From contig JBGAIQ010000004.1 of NCBI GenBank assembly GCA_044225365.1, positions 64,001-128,000 on the forward strand: a DNA stretch of 64,000 nucleotides. Direction: 5' to 3'. Both the position numbers and the translations under genes were made by a program. Positions 48,626-58,117 of the stretch are shown here, piece after piece. Each line of letters starts with the position of its first letter. Within the stretch, counting starts at the first letter, position 1. The stretch is from Planctomycetota bacterium. GTDB taxonomy: Bacteria; Planctomycetota; B15-G4; JADJEK01. Below the pieces are notes generated by a model. It was not told the origin of the DNA. It ran no database searches and worked only from the letters and a program-made list of their open reading frames with translations.

Positions 48626-49357
48626 TCAGTTGGCCGTCGCGGAGTCCGCGGACGGTGCTTCCGCAGGCGGCTCACCGCCGCACGGTCCACCCGCGAAGGC
48701 CGCCGCCGCGGCGGCCTGGATCTCGTCCGGCGTCAGGACCTTCATGTTCGTCGCGATCGACCACATGTGGCCGAACGGATCCTTCACGCAACTGAAGCGA
48801 TCGCCCCAGAACATGTCGGCCGGCGGCATCACCACCTGACAGCCCGCGCCGACGGCGCGATTGAAGATGTCGTCGACCGACGCCACGTAGAGATGGATCG
48901 TCACCGGCGTGTTGCCGATCTTCAGGGGCGAGCGACTCTGTCCGCCCGCCATCTCGGGGAAATCGTCGGAGATCATCAGCATCGAGTCGCCGATCTGCAG
49001 CTCGGAGTGCATCACCTTGTTGCCGGGGCCGCCCATGCGCATGTTCTCCTTCGCGCCGAACGCCGTCGCGTAGAAGTCGATCGCTGCTGCAGCGCCTTCG
49101 ATCACGAGGTAGGGCGTGATCGTGCGGTATCCGGGGGGAACACCCTTCGGACGAGCGGGCGCGCTCGACTTCGCGGCGGACTTCGCCTTCGCCTTCGGAG
49201 CCGACTTCGCCTTCGCGACGACCTTCGCCTTGGGCTTCGTCTTGGCCGCAGCTTTCGACTTCGCCTTGGTCGCGGGGGCCTTCGATTTTTTCGCTTTCGA
49301 CTTCGCGTCCTTCGCTTGGTTCTTCTTGTTCGACTTCATCGGTTTCTTGCCAGCCAT
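48626..49357 (-). CDS. PhnB-like VOC protein with Lys/Ala-rich N-terminal extension
   Basis: AAGGAG RBS; PPGYRTITPYL, AAAAIDFY, HSELQIGDS, DMFWGDR...DPFGHMW; first ~70 aa are KAKSKA-type repeats. Confidence 0.88.
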   Translation of the reverse strand: MAGKKPMKSNKKNQAKDAKSKAKKSKAPATKAKSKAAAKTKPKAKVVAKAKSAPKAKAKSAAKSSAPARPKGVPPGYRTITPYLVIEGAAAAIDFYATAFGAKENMRMGGPGNKVMHSELQIGDSMLMISDDFPEMAGGQSRSPLKIGNTPVTIHLYVASVDDIFNRAVGAGCQVVMPPADMFWGDRFSCVKDPFGHMWSIATNMKVLTPDEIQAAAAAAFAGGPCGGEPPAEAPSADSATAN

Positions 49358-49659
49358 CGCACACTCCTTCGCGACCGAAGATGCTCCAACACCAGCCCAG
49401 TGTCAGCGGGAGCGATAGCGTAGCGGGGCTGAAAGACTTTTGTAGACCCGCTGCGAACCCACGACGGCACTCTTTCGGGTATGCTTCGCTGCCGTCTCGC
49501 CGCTTCGCTACCCGAATGCGGCGGCGATTTTCGACGCAACCCAGCCCCACACTCTCGGTTGCAAGTTACTTTCAGTTCGAGCCTGCCCCTCCCCCTAGCT
49601 CTCTCCACCCGTTGGGCCGTTGCGCCGTCGCCACGGCCGAAGATGCAGGAGTCTCCTGA

Positions 49660-52600
49660 ATGTTGCGATCCACTTTCGTTGCACTCACGGGCGTCGCCCT
49701 TGCCGTGAGTTCGCTGACCGCGTTTGCCCAGCAGGATGCCGCGCGCCCGTCGACGCACGCTCGCGACTTCCTCGCTCGCCACCCTGGTGATTGGCGCGTC
49801 GTCAACGACCCCGCGAGCGGCAATCCGTCGTTCGTCTACGGCTCGCGATTCGCGATCGGCGGACCTCAGGGGAATGCGCAATCCTGGGAGGCCGCGGCGC
49901 GCGCGGTGATCGCGGACCAGTCGACGCTCTTCGGCGTGACGAATGGTGAACTCGAGCTGAAGCAGGTGAAGCAACTGGACCTCTCCCGGATCGGCTCGTC
50001 CGACAAGGTCGCCGTCGAATTCGATCAAGTCGTCGACGGCATCACGGCCTTCGGTGGCGCGATCACCATCCTGTTCGACGCGAAGTCCGGCGACGTGATC
50101 GCTCTCGACACCACGGCGATCGCGTACGCGAATCGGGTCGACCTCACGCCGAAGTCGACGCTCTCGCAGGCGATCGCGAATGCGCGCGTCGGCTATCGCG
50201 CGGAATTCGGCGCCGACTTCACCGACGTGATCTCGGTCGATCCCGTGATCGTCGGTCCCTCTCCGTTCTTCGGCAGGAAGAGCATCCTCAGCAGTCGCGG
50301 TCCGGTCCTCGCCTGGGTGATCGAGGCCAAGACGCGCGGATTGCGCACGAAGGACAACGTGCCGATGCAGGCGCGCGTGTTCGTCGCCGCCGACGACGGC
50401 GCCGTCATCAAGGTCGAGCCCTCCGCGCATTCGATCGACGGTCAGGTCTCCGGCAATTGCAACATCGGCCCGGAGATCAACTCCGCAACCAACCAGGAGA
50501 CTCCGGGTCTGCCCAACGTCTACGTGCGCCAGACGAGTTCCGCCGGTGCGATCCTCGCGACGACGGACGCGAACGGCAACTACGCGATGGCGCAGGCCGG
50601 TCCGCTCACGCTCTACGTCGACCTCTCGGGTCCGTTCTGCAAGGTGAGCAACCAGGCCGCGACCAACTCGAGCTTCACGGTGGCCAACGTGGTCACCGGC
50701 ATCGCGCAGAACTTCCTGTTCAATCCGACGAAGGCCGAGTTCACCACGGCCGAGGTCGCGGGCTTCTATCACGTCGCGAAGTTCCGCGATTGGGTGAAGA
50801 GCGTCGACCCCGCGGACACGACGATGGACTTCCAGGTCCTGACGCGCGTGAACATGAACGACCTGCTGTGCAACGCGTACTACGATGGATCTGCCCTCAA
50901 TCTCGAGCGAGCGGGCAGCGGATGCGCCAACACCGCGATGCAGGACGTGATCCAGCACGAGGAAGGTCACTGGGCGAACGAGCGCTACAACGGCACGGCG
51001 CTCACCGGCGCCTTCCATGAAGGCAACGCCGACGACTTCGCGTACTACATCAACGACGATCCGTGCTTGTCCGACTTCACGGTCGGTTCGACGGGTTGTC
51101 TGCGTTCCGCGCTGCAGACCTCGGTCTTCAAGTGCGCCGACGACGGCGAGTCCTGCAACGGCGGCGAAGTGCACACCGAAGGTGAAGCCCTTGCGAGCGC
51201 CGTGTGGGCCGTGCGTGCACGGCTCAAGACCGCGCTCGGGAACGGGCCCGGACAGGTCGTCGCGAACAGCCTCTTCCTCCGCTGGATGCAAGTCTTCAAC
51301 GACGGTGCGATCCTCAACGTGATCAAGGATCACTGGCTCGCGCTCGACGACGACAACGGCAACCTCGCCGACCTGACGCCGCACTTCTCGCAGGTGAACG
51401 GTGGCTTCGTCGATTACGGCTGGCCGGGAATTCCGGACCCCGTCATCTCGATCACGCAGTCGCCCGCCGACAACGCCGAGATCGGCGATCAGCAAGGCGT
51501 GACGATCAAGGCGAACGTCACCTCCGTGCTCAGCACGGTGGGCGTGGTGCAGTTGCTCTATTCGACGAACGGCACCTCGTTCAGCACGCTTGCGATGGCG
51601 CCGACGGGTGTGCCGTCCGAGTACTCGGCCACGATTCCCGGTCTCGCGTCGCCGAACAGCGTGTTCTGGTACGTCCACGCGACGAACGGCCTCGGCGATC
51701 AGGCGAACGCGCCGAAGACCGCGCCGACGAATCGCCGGGTGTATCACGTCGGCAAGCTCGTCATCCTGCAGAAGTTCGACTTCGAAGCCGCGACCGACGA
51801 GGGTTGGACCCATGCCAATCTTTCGGGCAGCAACGGCGACCAGTGGCAACGGAACAATCCGGCAAACTCGAATGCGGGATCCGATCCCAACACCGCGTTC
51901 TCCGGTACCAAGGTCTGGGGCACCGACCTCTCCGTGAGCGGCACGGACGGCATGTACGAGCCGAGTGCGTCGGGTGAGCTGCGCTCGCCGATCTTCAATC
52001 TCTCGACGAGTTCGAAGGTGCGTCTCCAGTATCGCCGCTGGCTCACGGTCGAAGAGGGACAGTTCGATCAGGCGACGATTCGTGTGAACGGCACGACCGT
52101 CTTCTCGAACCCGAATACCGGCAACCTCATCGACACCGAGTGGACGCTCCACGACATCGACATCACCGCGCAGGCCGGAAACAACGCGTCGGTGCAGATC
52201 AACTACCGGCTCGCGGCCGACGGCGGCTTGGAGTTCGGCGGTTGGAACGTCGACGACTTCACCCTGTATCGCGTCGACGCAAACCCGGTCGGCTTCTTCA
52301 CCACCTACGGCTCGGGCTGTCAGGGATCGGGCGGTCTCGTGCCCGCGCTCGCGGGATCCGGCACTCCGACGCCAGGACAGAACGTGACGCTCACGATCAG
52401 CAACGGCAAGCCGAACGGCGCGGGCGTGCTGATCCTCGGCACCGCGCAGGCATCGGTCGCGGCCTCGGGCTGCACGCTACTGGTCGGCGGCGGCCTCATA
52501 CCGCTGTCGCTGACCCTTGGGCCGACGGGTAGCTTCCCGCTCACCGGCGGCATCCCGCTCGGCACCCCGGCGAACGACACCTACTGGCAATGGTTCGGCG

Positions 52601-52665
52601 GCGACTCGGGCGCCCCAAATCACGTCTACTCGGCCAGCAACGGCCTGAAGATGCACATCCAGTGA
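49660..52665 (+). CDS. Secreted M4/M36-like (thermolysin/fungalysin) metallopeptidase with accessory C-terminal domains
   Basis: AGGAG RBS; signal peptide and propeptide; CNAYYDG, QHEEGH, GAFHEGNAD, GGEVH; jelly-roll-like domain ending GWNVDD; terminal YGxGC domain. Confidence 0.82.
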   Translation: MLRSTFVALTGVALAVSSLTAFAQQDAARPSTHARDFLARHPGDWRVVNDPASGNPSFVYGSRFAIGGPQGNAQSWEAAARAVIADQSTLFGVTNGELELKQVKQLDLSRIGSSDKVAVEFDQVVDGITAFGGAITILFDAKSGDVIALDTTAIAYANRVDLTPKSTLSQAIANARVGYRAEFGADFTDVISVDPVIVGPSPFFGRKSILSSRGPVLAWVIEAKTRGLRTKDNVPMQARVFVAADDGAVIKVEPSAHSIDGQVSGNCNIGPEINSATNQETPGLPNVYVRQTSSAGAILATTDANGNYAMAQAGPLTLYVDLSGPFCKVSNQAATNSSFTVANVVTGIAQNFLFNPTKAEFTTAEVAGFYHVAKFRDWVKSVDPADTTMDFQVLTRVNMNDLLCNAYYDGSALNLERAGSGCANTAMQDVIQHEEGHWANERYNGTALTGAFHEGNADDFAYYINDDPCLSDFTVGSTGCLRSALQTSVFKCADDGESCNGGEVHTEGEALASAVWAVRARLKTALGNGPGQVVANSLFLRWMQVFNDGAILNVIKDHWLALDDDNGNLADLTPHFSQVNGGFVDYGWPGIPDPVISITQSPADNAEIGDQQGVTIKANVTSVLSTVGVVQLLYSTNGTSFSTLAMAPTGVPSEYSATIPGLASPNSVFWYVHATNGLGDQANAPKTAPTNRRVYHVGKLVILQKFDFEAATDEGWTHANLSGSNGDQWQRNNPANSNAGSDPNTAFSGTKVWGTDLSVSGTDGMYEPSASGELRSPIFNLSTSSKVRLQYRRWLTVEEGQFDQATIRVNGTTVFSNPNTGNLIDTEWTLHDIDITAQAGNNASVQINYRLAADGGLEFGGWNVDDFTLYRVDANPVGFFTTYGSGCQGSGGLVPALAGSGTPTPGQNVTLTISNGKPNGAGVLILGTAQASVAASGCTLLVGGGLIPLSLTLGPTGSFPLTGGIPLGTPANDTYWQWFGGDSGAPNHVYSASNGLKMHIQ

Positions 52666-52672
52666 TCGGATT

Positions 52673-52780
52673 GGCCGCGGTCCGTCACCGCGCTCGGTCG
52701 CCCGGATGACCTCTTATGGCGGCGGCGGACCGCGTCCGCCGCCGCCGTTTTCGGCGGTCACGGACCGTGTCCGCCGCCGC
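52673..52780. repeat. REP-like units of the GGCGGCGGCGG family
   Basis: GGCGGCGGCGGACCGCGTCCGCCGCCGCC (52718-52746) is a near-perfect palindrome, followed by GGCGGTCACGGACCGTGTCCGCCGCCGC; partial copy at 52673. Confidence 0.85.
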
Positions 52781-52888
52781 AGTTTTGCTGCTGGCGCGAA
52801 GGATGGCTACGGCCGCCGTGCAGTATCGCATTCGACCCCCGACGTGGTCTAATCGCGGACGGTCGTATTGCGCGACGGCGAGGTAGCG

Positions 52889-53545
52889 ATGTTCTCGAGT
52901 TGGTGGATCACGGACTATCTGCAGGAGCGTGGCCCCGTCTTCGTGCTGTCCGTGATCGTCTGGGTCATCGGCTCGATCGTCCTCCACGAACTCGCGCATG
53001 GATGGATGGCGATCAAGTGTGGGGACGACACCCCGATCGAGACCGGTCACATGACGGTCAACCCCGTGGTTCACATGGGAGTCGTCGGGCTCGTCCTGTT
53101 CGCCCTCGTCGGCTTCGCGTTCGGCCAGATGCCGGTCAACCCAAGGCGATTCCGCGGACGCTACGACGACGCCAAGGTCGCCTTCGCCGGCCCGGAGATG
53201 AACTTCACGCTCGCCGTCGGCGCTACGGTCGCCCTCGTCCTCTTCGATCACTTCGGCCGCAACGCGTCCTTCTACGGCAACCTCCACACCAGTCTGGAAT
53301 ACGGCGCCCGCCTCAATTTCGCGCTCGGGTTCTTGAACCTGATCCCGGTGATGCCGCTCGACGGATCGACGGTACTCGCCCGATTCAGCACCTACTACCG
53401 TGACACGTTCACGGGACCGCAGGCACGATCGATGTCGCAGATGCTGCTGATCGTGATCTTCATCTTCGGGTCCTCGAGGGTCTTCGCTTTCTCTGCCCGA
53501 GTCGTGATGGCGCTTCGCAACGGCGTCGCCGACCTCCTGTTCTGA
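52889..53545 (+). CDS. Site-2 protease (M50) family membrane metalloprotease
   Basis: VLHELAHG, VAFAGPEMN, FLNLIPVMPLDG. Confidence 0.9.
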   Translation: MFSSWWITDYLQERGPVFVLSVIVWVIGSIVLHELAHGWMAIKCGDDTPIETGHMTVNPVVHMGVVGLVLFALVGFAFGQMPVNPRRFRGRYDDAKVAFAGPEMNFTLAVGATVALVLFDHFGRNASFYGNLHTSLEYGARLNFALGFLNLIPVMPLDGSTVLARFSTYYRDTFTGPQARSMSQMLLIVIFIFGSSRVFAFSARVVMALRNGVADLLF

Positions 53546-53558
53546 ATCGAAGTCGTCC

Positions 53559-54014
53559 ATGAGCCATTCGACGCGGATCCTCCTCGCCGACCTCGTGCTC
53601 TACGCGCACTTCGCATTCGTGCTGTTCATCCTCGGCGGGCTCGTCGCCATCTACGTCTTCGGCTTCCTGCGCCGGCCATTCGTCCGCAATCGCGCATTCC
53701 GCATCGCGCACGTCAGTGCGATCGCCTTCGTCACCTTCGAAGCGCTGTTCTCGATCACCTGCCCCCTGACGAGGATCGAGGGCGAACTGCGCGAAGAATG
53801 GCTCGTCGATGGCGAGAATCGGACCTTCATGTCGCGTTGGATCGAGAAACTGCTCTACATCCACGATCCCCCGCCCTGGCTCCTTCCTTCGGCCTATTGC
53901 GCCGTGCTCCTGTTTTCTCTCGCCGCCTGGCGACGCTACCCGCCCGTCTCGCGAAGCTCTCGCAAGACGCCGAACGCGGATTCGAATCGTCGCGACAACG
54001 TCGCGACCCGTTGA
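53559..54014 (+). CDS. DUF2784-family membrane protein
   Basis: LADLVLYAHFAFVLF...FRIAH...TCPLTRIEGELR...SRWIEKLLY. Confidence 0.82.
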   Translation: MSHSTRILLADLVLYAHFAFVLFILGGLVAIYVFGFLRRPFVRNRAFRIAHVSAIAFVTFEALFSITCPLTRIEGELREEWLVDGENRTFMSRWIEKLLYIHDPPPWLLPSAYCAVLLFSLAAWRRYPPVSRSSRKTPNADSNRRDNVATR

Positions 54015-54177
54015 CGACCCTGCGACGAAATCGCCGCTCTCGGAGTTGACCCCGAGGGTGGCGAACGGCTCGTGATTTTCATACCTTCGGCGTGTTCGAA
54101 CGGGCACGCCGCGAGCGATGTGTGTCGCTTCCGGCGTTTCGAATACCCACGAAGTCCAGGTCAGGGAGGCCACTACT

Positions 54178-55749
54178 TTGCGTTTCTCTCCATTCTCCGC
54201 GCTGCTTCTTGGCAGCACTCTCATCGGCGCGATCGCGCCTCTCGGCTGCGCAGCCGACAAGTCCGACAAGACCGAGAAGGTCCCGGACGGTTGGTTCCTC
54301 CATGCGCAATCGAATCCGAACGCGTCGGCCGCCTACAAATGGCTCGACATCCTGCTCGAGACGAGCGCTCGCTCGGTGGATCGCGTCGGCGCACGCCCCA
54401 CCATCATCTCGCGCGAGATGGCGATCGTCGTCACCTCGATGTTCGATGCCTGGGCCGCGTACGACGACAAGGCGATCGGCACCCAGCTCGGCGCCAAGCT
54501 GCGTCGACCGGAAGCCGAGCGAACGCCGGCCAACAAGGAAACGGCGATCGCCTACGCCGTACATCGCGCGCTCTGCTTCGTCTACCCCGAGGACAAGGCG
54601 TGGATCGACGAGCAGATGACGAAGATGGGCTACGACCCGAAGAACGAGTCGGTGGACGCGACGACCGCGATCGGCGTCGGAAACCTCGCCGCGCAAGCCG
54701 TGCTCGACTACCGCCGCAACGACGGCGCGAATCAGTTCGGCGACGAGAACGGCAGCAAGGGCAAGCCGTACTCGGACTACACCTACTACGAATCGAAGAA
54801 TCCGAAGCCCGACGTCATCAACGATCCGGATCGCTGGCAACCGATCCCGTTCGCGGATGGCAAGGGCGGCAAGTTGCTCCTCAACTTCCTCACGCCGCAA
54901 TGGTATCGCGTGAAGCCGATGATGCTGTCGCGCGCCGATCAGTTCCGTCCGACGAACGGTCCGCCGAAGGTCGGCTCCGAAGAGCTGAAGAAGGAAGTCG
55001 ACGAGTGCATCCAGTTCAACGGGCATCTGACGCTGGAGCAGAAGGCCGTCGTCGAGTTCATGCGCGACGGGCCGCGTTCGACCGGTCAGTCGGGTCACTG
55101 GCTGCGCTTCGCGGAAGATCTCTCGCGACGTGACAAGTACGACCTCGATCAGGACGTGAAGCTCTTCTTCTGCGTCGGCAACACCGCCTTCGATGCCTTC
55201 ATCGCGTGCTGGGATGCGAAGCGCTTCTACGACAGCTCCCGCCCCTGGACCCTGGTGCGTTACTACTACAAGGGTCAGAAGGTGATGGGCTACCTCGGGC
55301 CGTGCAAGGGCTTCGGGGAGATCGCTGCCGAGGAATGGCATCCGTACTCGCCCGAGACGTTCGTCACGCCGCCGTTCCCGGGATATCCCTCGGGCCACAG
55401 CACGGTGAGCGCGGCCTGCGCGAAGATGCTCGAGAAGTTCAGCGGCTCCGACCGCTTCGAGTGCATCGAGCGCCGGCGCGCCGGCATCATGACCGAGGAG
55501 AATTGCGACAGCGGTCGCATGCAGGCCGTGAACGGCGTCCTGCCGCAACTCGCGCCCGGTCAGGAAATGATCGAGCTCAAACTTCCGACCTTCACGGCGA
55601 CCGCCGATTTGGCCGGAATCTCGCGCGTCATGGGCGGCTACCACATCCAGGCCGACAACATCGACGCGCTGAAGCTCGGTCGTCAGGTAACCGAATTCTG
55701 CTGGCCGCGATATCAGGCGTACATCACCGGCAAGCTGCCCGCGCAGTAA
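54178..55749 (+). CDS. Vanadium-dependent haloperoxidase-like (PAP2 superfamily) lipoprotein
   Basis: GGGAGG RBS + TTG start; lipobox-like PLGC; vanadate/phosphate motifs KRFYDSSRP, PGYPSGHS, SRVMGGYHIQAD. Confidence 0.85.
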   Translation: MRFSPFSALLLGSTLIGAIAPLGCAADKSDKTEKVPDGWFLHAQSNPNASAAYKWLDILLETSARSVDRVGARPTIISREMAIVVTSMFDAWAAYDDKAIGTQLGAKLRRPEAERTPANKETAIAYAVHRALCFVYPEDKAWIDEQMTKMGYDPKNESVDATTAIGVGNLAAQAVLDYRRNDGANQFGDENGSKGKPYSDYTYYESKNPKPDVINDPDRWQPIPFADGKGGKLLLNFLTPQWYRVKPMMLSRADQFRPTNGPPKVGSEELKKEVDECIQFNGHLTLEQKAVVEFMRDGPRSTGQSGHWLRFAEDLSRRDKYDLDQDVKLFFCVGNTAFDAFIACWDAKRFYDSSRPWTLVRYYYKGQKVMGYLGPCKGFGEIAAEEWHPYSPETFVTPPFPGYPSGHSTVSAACAKMLEKFSGSDRFECIERRRAGIMTEENCDSGRMQAVNGVLPQLAPGQEMIELKLPTFTATADLAGISRVMGGYHIQADNIDALKLGRQVTEFCWPRYQAYITGKLPAQ

Positions 55750-55780
55750 CGCACGCTCCGCGGCTCAGTTGATCCACCCA

Positions 55781-55806
55781 CGCGGGCGGCCCCTCGGCCG
55801 CCCGCG
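55781..55806 (+). terminator. Terminator-like hairpin
   Basis: 11-bp stem CGCGGGCGGCC/GGCCGCCCGCG, 4-nt loop, followed by GTCTT, 31 nt after the stop. Confidence 0.5.
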
Positions 55807-55828
55807 GTCTTGCACGGCCGACCCTTCG

Positions 55829-55996
55829 CTAAACGACCGTTCACGATTCCGCGTGGCCTGCGGCCGGCTGCGGAGCGCGGGGGCTTCATCGAACCTCCTC
55901 TCCGACTCACCTACCGAGTCGCCTCGTCGGTTCTCTTCGCCCGCACGCTCCTCGCTCGGCCTCGGCAACCACGCCGAATCGTGAACGGTCATTTAG
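55829..55996. mobile_element. MITE-like element, 168 bp, with 28-bp terminal inverted repeats
   Basis: Left end CTAAACGACCGTTCACGATTCCGCGTGG; reverse complement of right end CTAAATGACCGTTCACGATTCGGCGTGG (26/28 identical); no credible internal ORF. Confidence 0.72.
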
Positions 55997-56006
55997 ACTG
56001 CCGTCG

Positions 56007-57473
56007 ATGACGCGATACGAGATCCGACCCGAGAACTGGCCGACGCAGGAAGAGGCGGAGCGATCGCTCCTGTTCTCGCACTTCCCTATCGGCACGCGCA
56101 CCGCGCTTCAACGCACCTGGGTGCCGGCGATGGTGCCGTGGCGCGCGAGCGAGGACGGGTTCGTCACGCAAGACGTGATCGACTGGTATGCGCGATTCGC
56201 CGCGGGAAGACCGGGCGTACTCGTGGTCGAGGCGACCGGCATTCGAGACGTTCCAAGCGGTCCGCTCCTGCGAATCGGCCACGATCGTTTCGTCGAGGGA
56301 CTCGCGCGACTCGTCCGCGCGGTGAGGGAATCGAGTGGCGGAGAAACGCTGCTCTTCATCCAGCTGATCGACTTCCTCTCGATCCGGCGGCGCCCCGAGC
56401 CGAGCAAGTTCTTCGAGCGATTCCTGGTCGTCGATCCTTCGGTTCGCGAACGCTTCGCGAACGCGACGAACGAACCGCGCTGGATCGACGCGCCCGAAGC
56501 CGAACTTCGCACCGCGCTCGCGAGCGTGAATCGAAGTGTGATCGAACTCGTCCTGGTTCCGCGCGATCTCGAGTCCCTCGACTTCGGCGCTCGCGAGCGC
56601 GTCACCGATGTCCATCTCCCCCACATCGCGGAACTCCCGCGCGTATTGCCCGATCTCTTCGCCGCCGCCGCGAGGCGAGCGCAACGCGCAGGATTCGACG
56701 GCGTCGAGCTGCACTTCGCTCACGCCTACACGATGGCTTCGTTCCTCTCGCGCAAGAACGATCGGACGGACGGTTACGGCGGAACCCTCGAGCATCGCGT
56801 TCGCCTGCCGCTCGAAGTGAATCGTCGCGTGCGGGAAGGCGTTGGCCAGGACTACGTCGTCGGCTGTCGGTTCCTTGGAGACGAGGTGATCGACGGCGGC
56901 TCCCGGATCGAGGACGCGACTTACTTCGGCGTCGAGTTCGCGCGCGCGGGGATGAACTTCCTCTCGCTCTCGAAGGGTGGCAAGTTCGAGGACGCGAAGC
57001 AGCCGCGTGTCGGTGCCGCCGCTTACCCCTACACCGGAATCAGCGGACACGAGTGCATGCCGACCGTGCGCATCGATGCGCCCGGACCCTTCGGTCGCAA
57101 TGTCCCGCTCGCCCGCGCCGTTCGCCAGGCCGTCCGCGGCGCCGGATTCGCAACCCCCGTCGTCGCCGCGGGCGGCATCAACTCGTTCCGCCTCGCCGAA
57201 GAGATCCTCCGCGATGGCGACGCCGACTTCGTCGCCGCCGCGCGCCAATCGCTCGCCGATCCCGACTGGTTCCTGAAGATACGAGAAGGACGCGGACACG
57301 AGATCCGTCGCTGCGTGTTCACGAATTACTGCGAAGGCCTCGATCAACAGCACAAACAAGTGACCTGCCAGCTCTGGGATCGCGAGTTCGATACCGCTGA
57401 GAACTCCTCACCCCCGATTCCTCGCAGCCACGACGGCAAGCGCCGTTTGCTACCTCCGCGCTGGATGCCGTAG
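56007..57473 (+). CDS. NADH:flavin oxidoreductase (Old Yellow Enzyme family)
   Basis: VPAMV, LVVEATG, AGFDGVELHFAHAY...SFLS...NDRTDGYGGTLEHRVRLPLEV, AAGGI, ARQSLADPDW, Cys-rich tail. Confidence 0.9.
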   Translation: MTRYEIRPENWPTQEEAERSLLFSHFPIGTRTALQRTWVPAMVPWRASEDGFVTQDVIDWYARFAAGRPGVLVVEATGIRDVPSGPLLRIGHDRFVEGLARLVRAVRESSGGETLLFIQLIDFLSIRRRPEPSKFFERFLVVDPSVRERFANATNEPRWIDAPEAELRTALASVNRSVIELVLVPRDLESLDFGARERVTDVHLPHIAELPRVLPDLFAAAARRAQRAGFDGVELHFAHAYTMASFLSRKNDRTDGYGGTLEHRVRLPLEVNRRVREGVGQDYVVGCRFLGDEVIDGGSRIEDATYFGVEFARAGMNFLSLSKGGKFEDAKQPRVGAAAYPYTGISGHECMPTVRIDAPGPFGRNVPLARAVRQAVRGAGFATPVVAAGGINSFRLAEEILRDGDADFVAAARQSLADPDWFLKIREGRGHEIRRCVFTNYCEGLDQQHKQVTCQLWDREFDTAENSSPPIPRSHDGKRRLLPPRWMP

Positions 57474-57528
57474 AATCGCACGCGCGAAGAATTCGAATCC
57501 CTCCCATTGCAACGGCACGAAGGCTCCG

Positions 57529-58077
57529 ATGCGCTCCATCACACTTCCCTGCGTCCTCTTGATCGCCTCGTCCTGCGCGAGTTCCGCCCCGGTGGCAAGC
57601 GCGCCGCAGCCGCCTTCGCCGTCGGTCGCCCCCGTGAACTCGGGGACGAAGGCGGACGGACGATTCCTGTTCGGCGGCGCGCCGACCGCGCAGAGCATCG
57701 AACAGGCGAAGAACGACGGAGTGAAGGTCATCATCTCGAACCTCAGCCCCGACGAGACGCAGCAACTCGGATTCGACGAGGCGAAAGCCTGCGCCGCTGC
57801 CGGCATCGAATGGGTGAACATCCCGACGAAGCCCGATCACATCGACGTCGCCGCAGTCGACGCTTTCGCCAAGGTCGTCGAATCGACGCCGGGCGATGGC
57901 GGAGCGAAGGTGCTCACGCACTGCAAGAGTGGCAACCGCGCCGCCGGGCTCTACGCCGCATATCTGGCCCGCCATCAGAAGGTGCCCCTCGAAGAGGCGA
58001 TCGCGCGCGCGAAGGCGCTCGGCCTGTCGAAGGAGCCGACGATCGAGTCCGTCAAGAAGGTCGCCGCCGAACCCTGA
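57529..58077 (+). CDS. Lipoprotein of the PTP-like / beta-lactamase-hydrolase-like (Blh) family
   Basis: Lipobox-like ASSC; GVKVIISNL, WVNIP, active loop HCKSGNRA (Cx4R). Confidence 0.78.
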   Translation: MRSITLPCVLLIASSCASSAPVASAPQPPSPSVAPVNSGTKADGRFLFGGAPTAQSIEQAKNDGVKVIISNLSPDETQQLGFDEAKACAAAGIEWVNIPTKPDHIDVAAVDAFAKVVESTPGDGGAKVLTHCKSGNRAAGLYAAYLARHQKVPLEEAIARAKALGLSKEPTIESVKKVAAEP

Positions 58078-58117
58078 ACGGCACGCCTCCCTCATCGAAG
58101 CCTGACACTCGGAGCCC

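Noticed and set aside
49400-49460. c-di-GMP-I riboswitch suggested by GTAGCGGGG
   Set aside because: The upstream GGCAAAC/GNRA-loop and GACGCAAAG elements are absent.
57480-57520. tRNA-like TTCGAATCC
   Set aside because: No cloverleaf, acceptor stem or D-arm can be formed around it.
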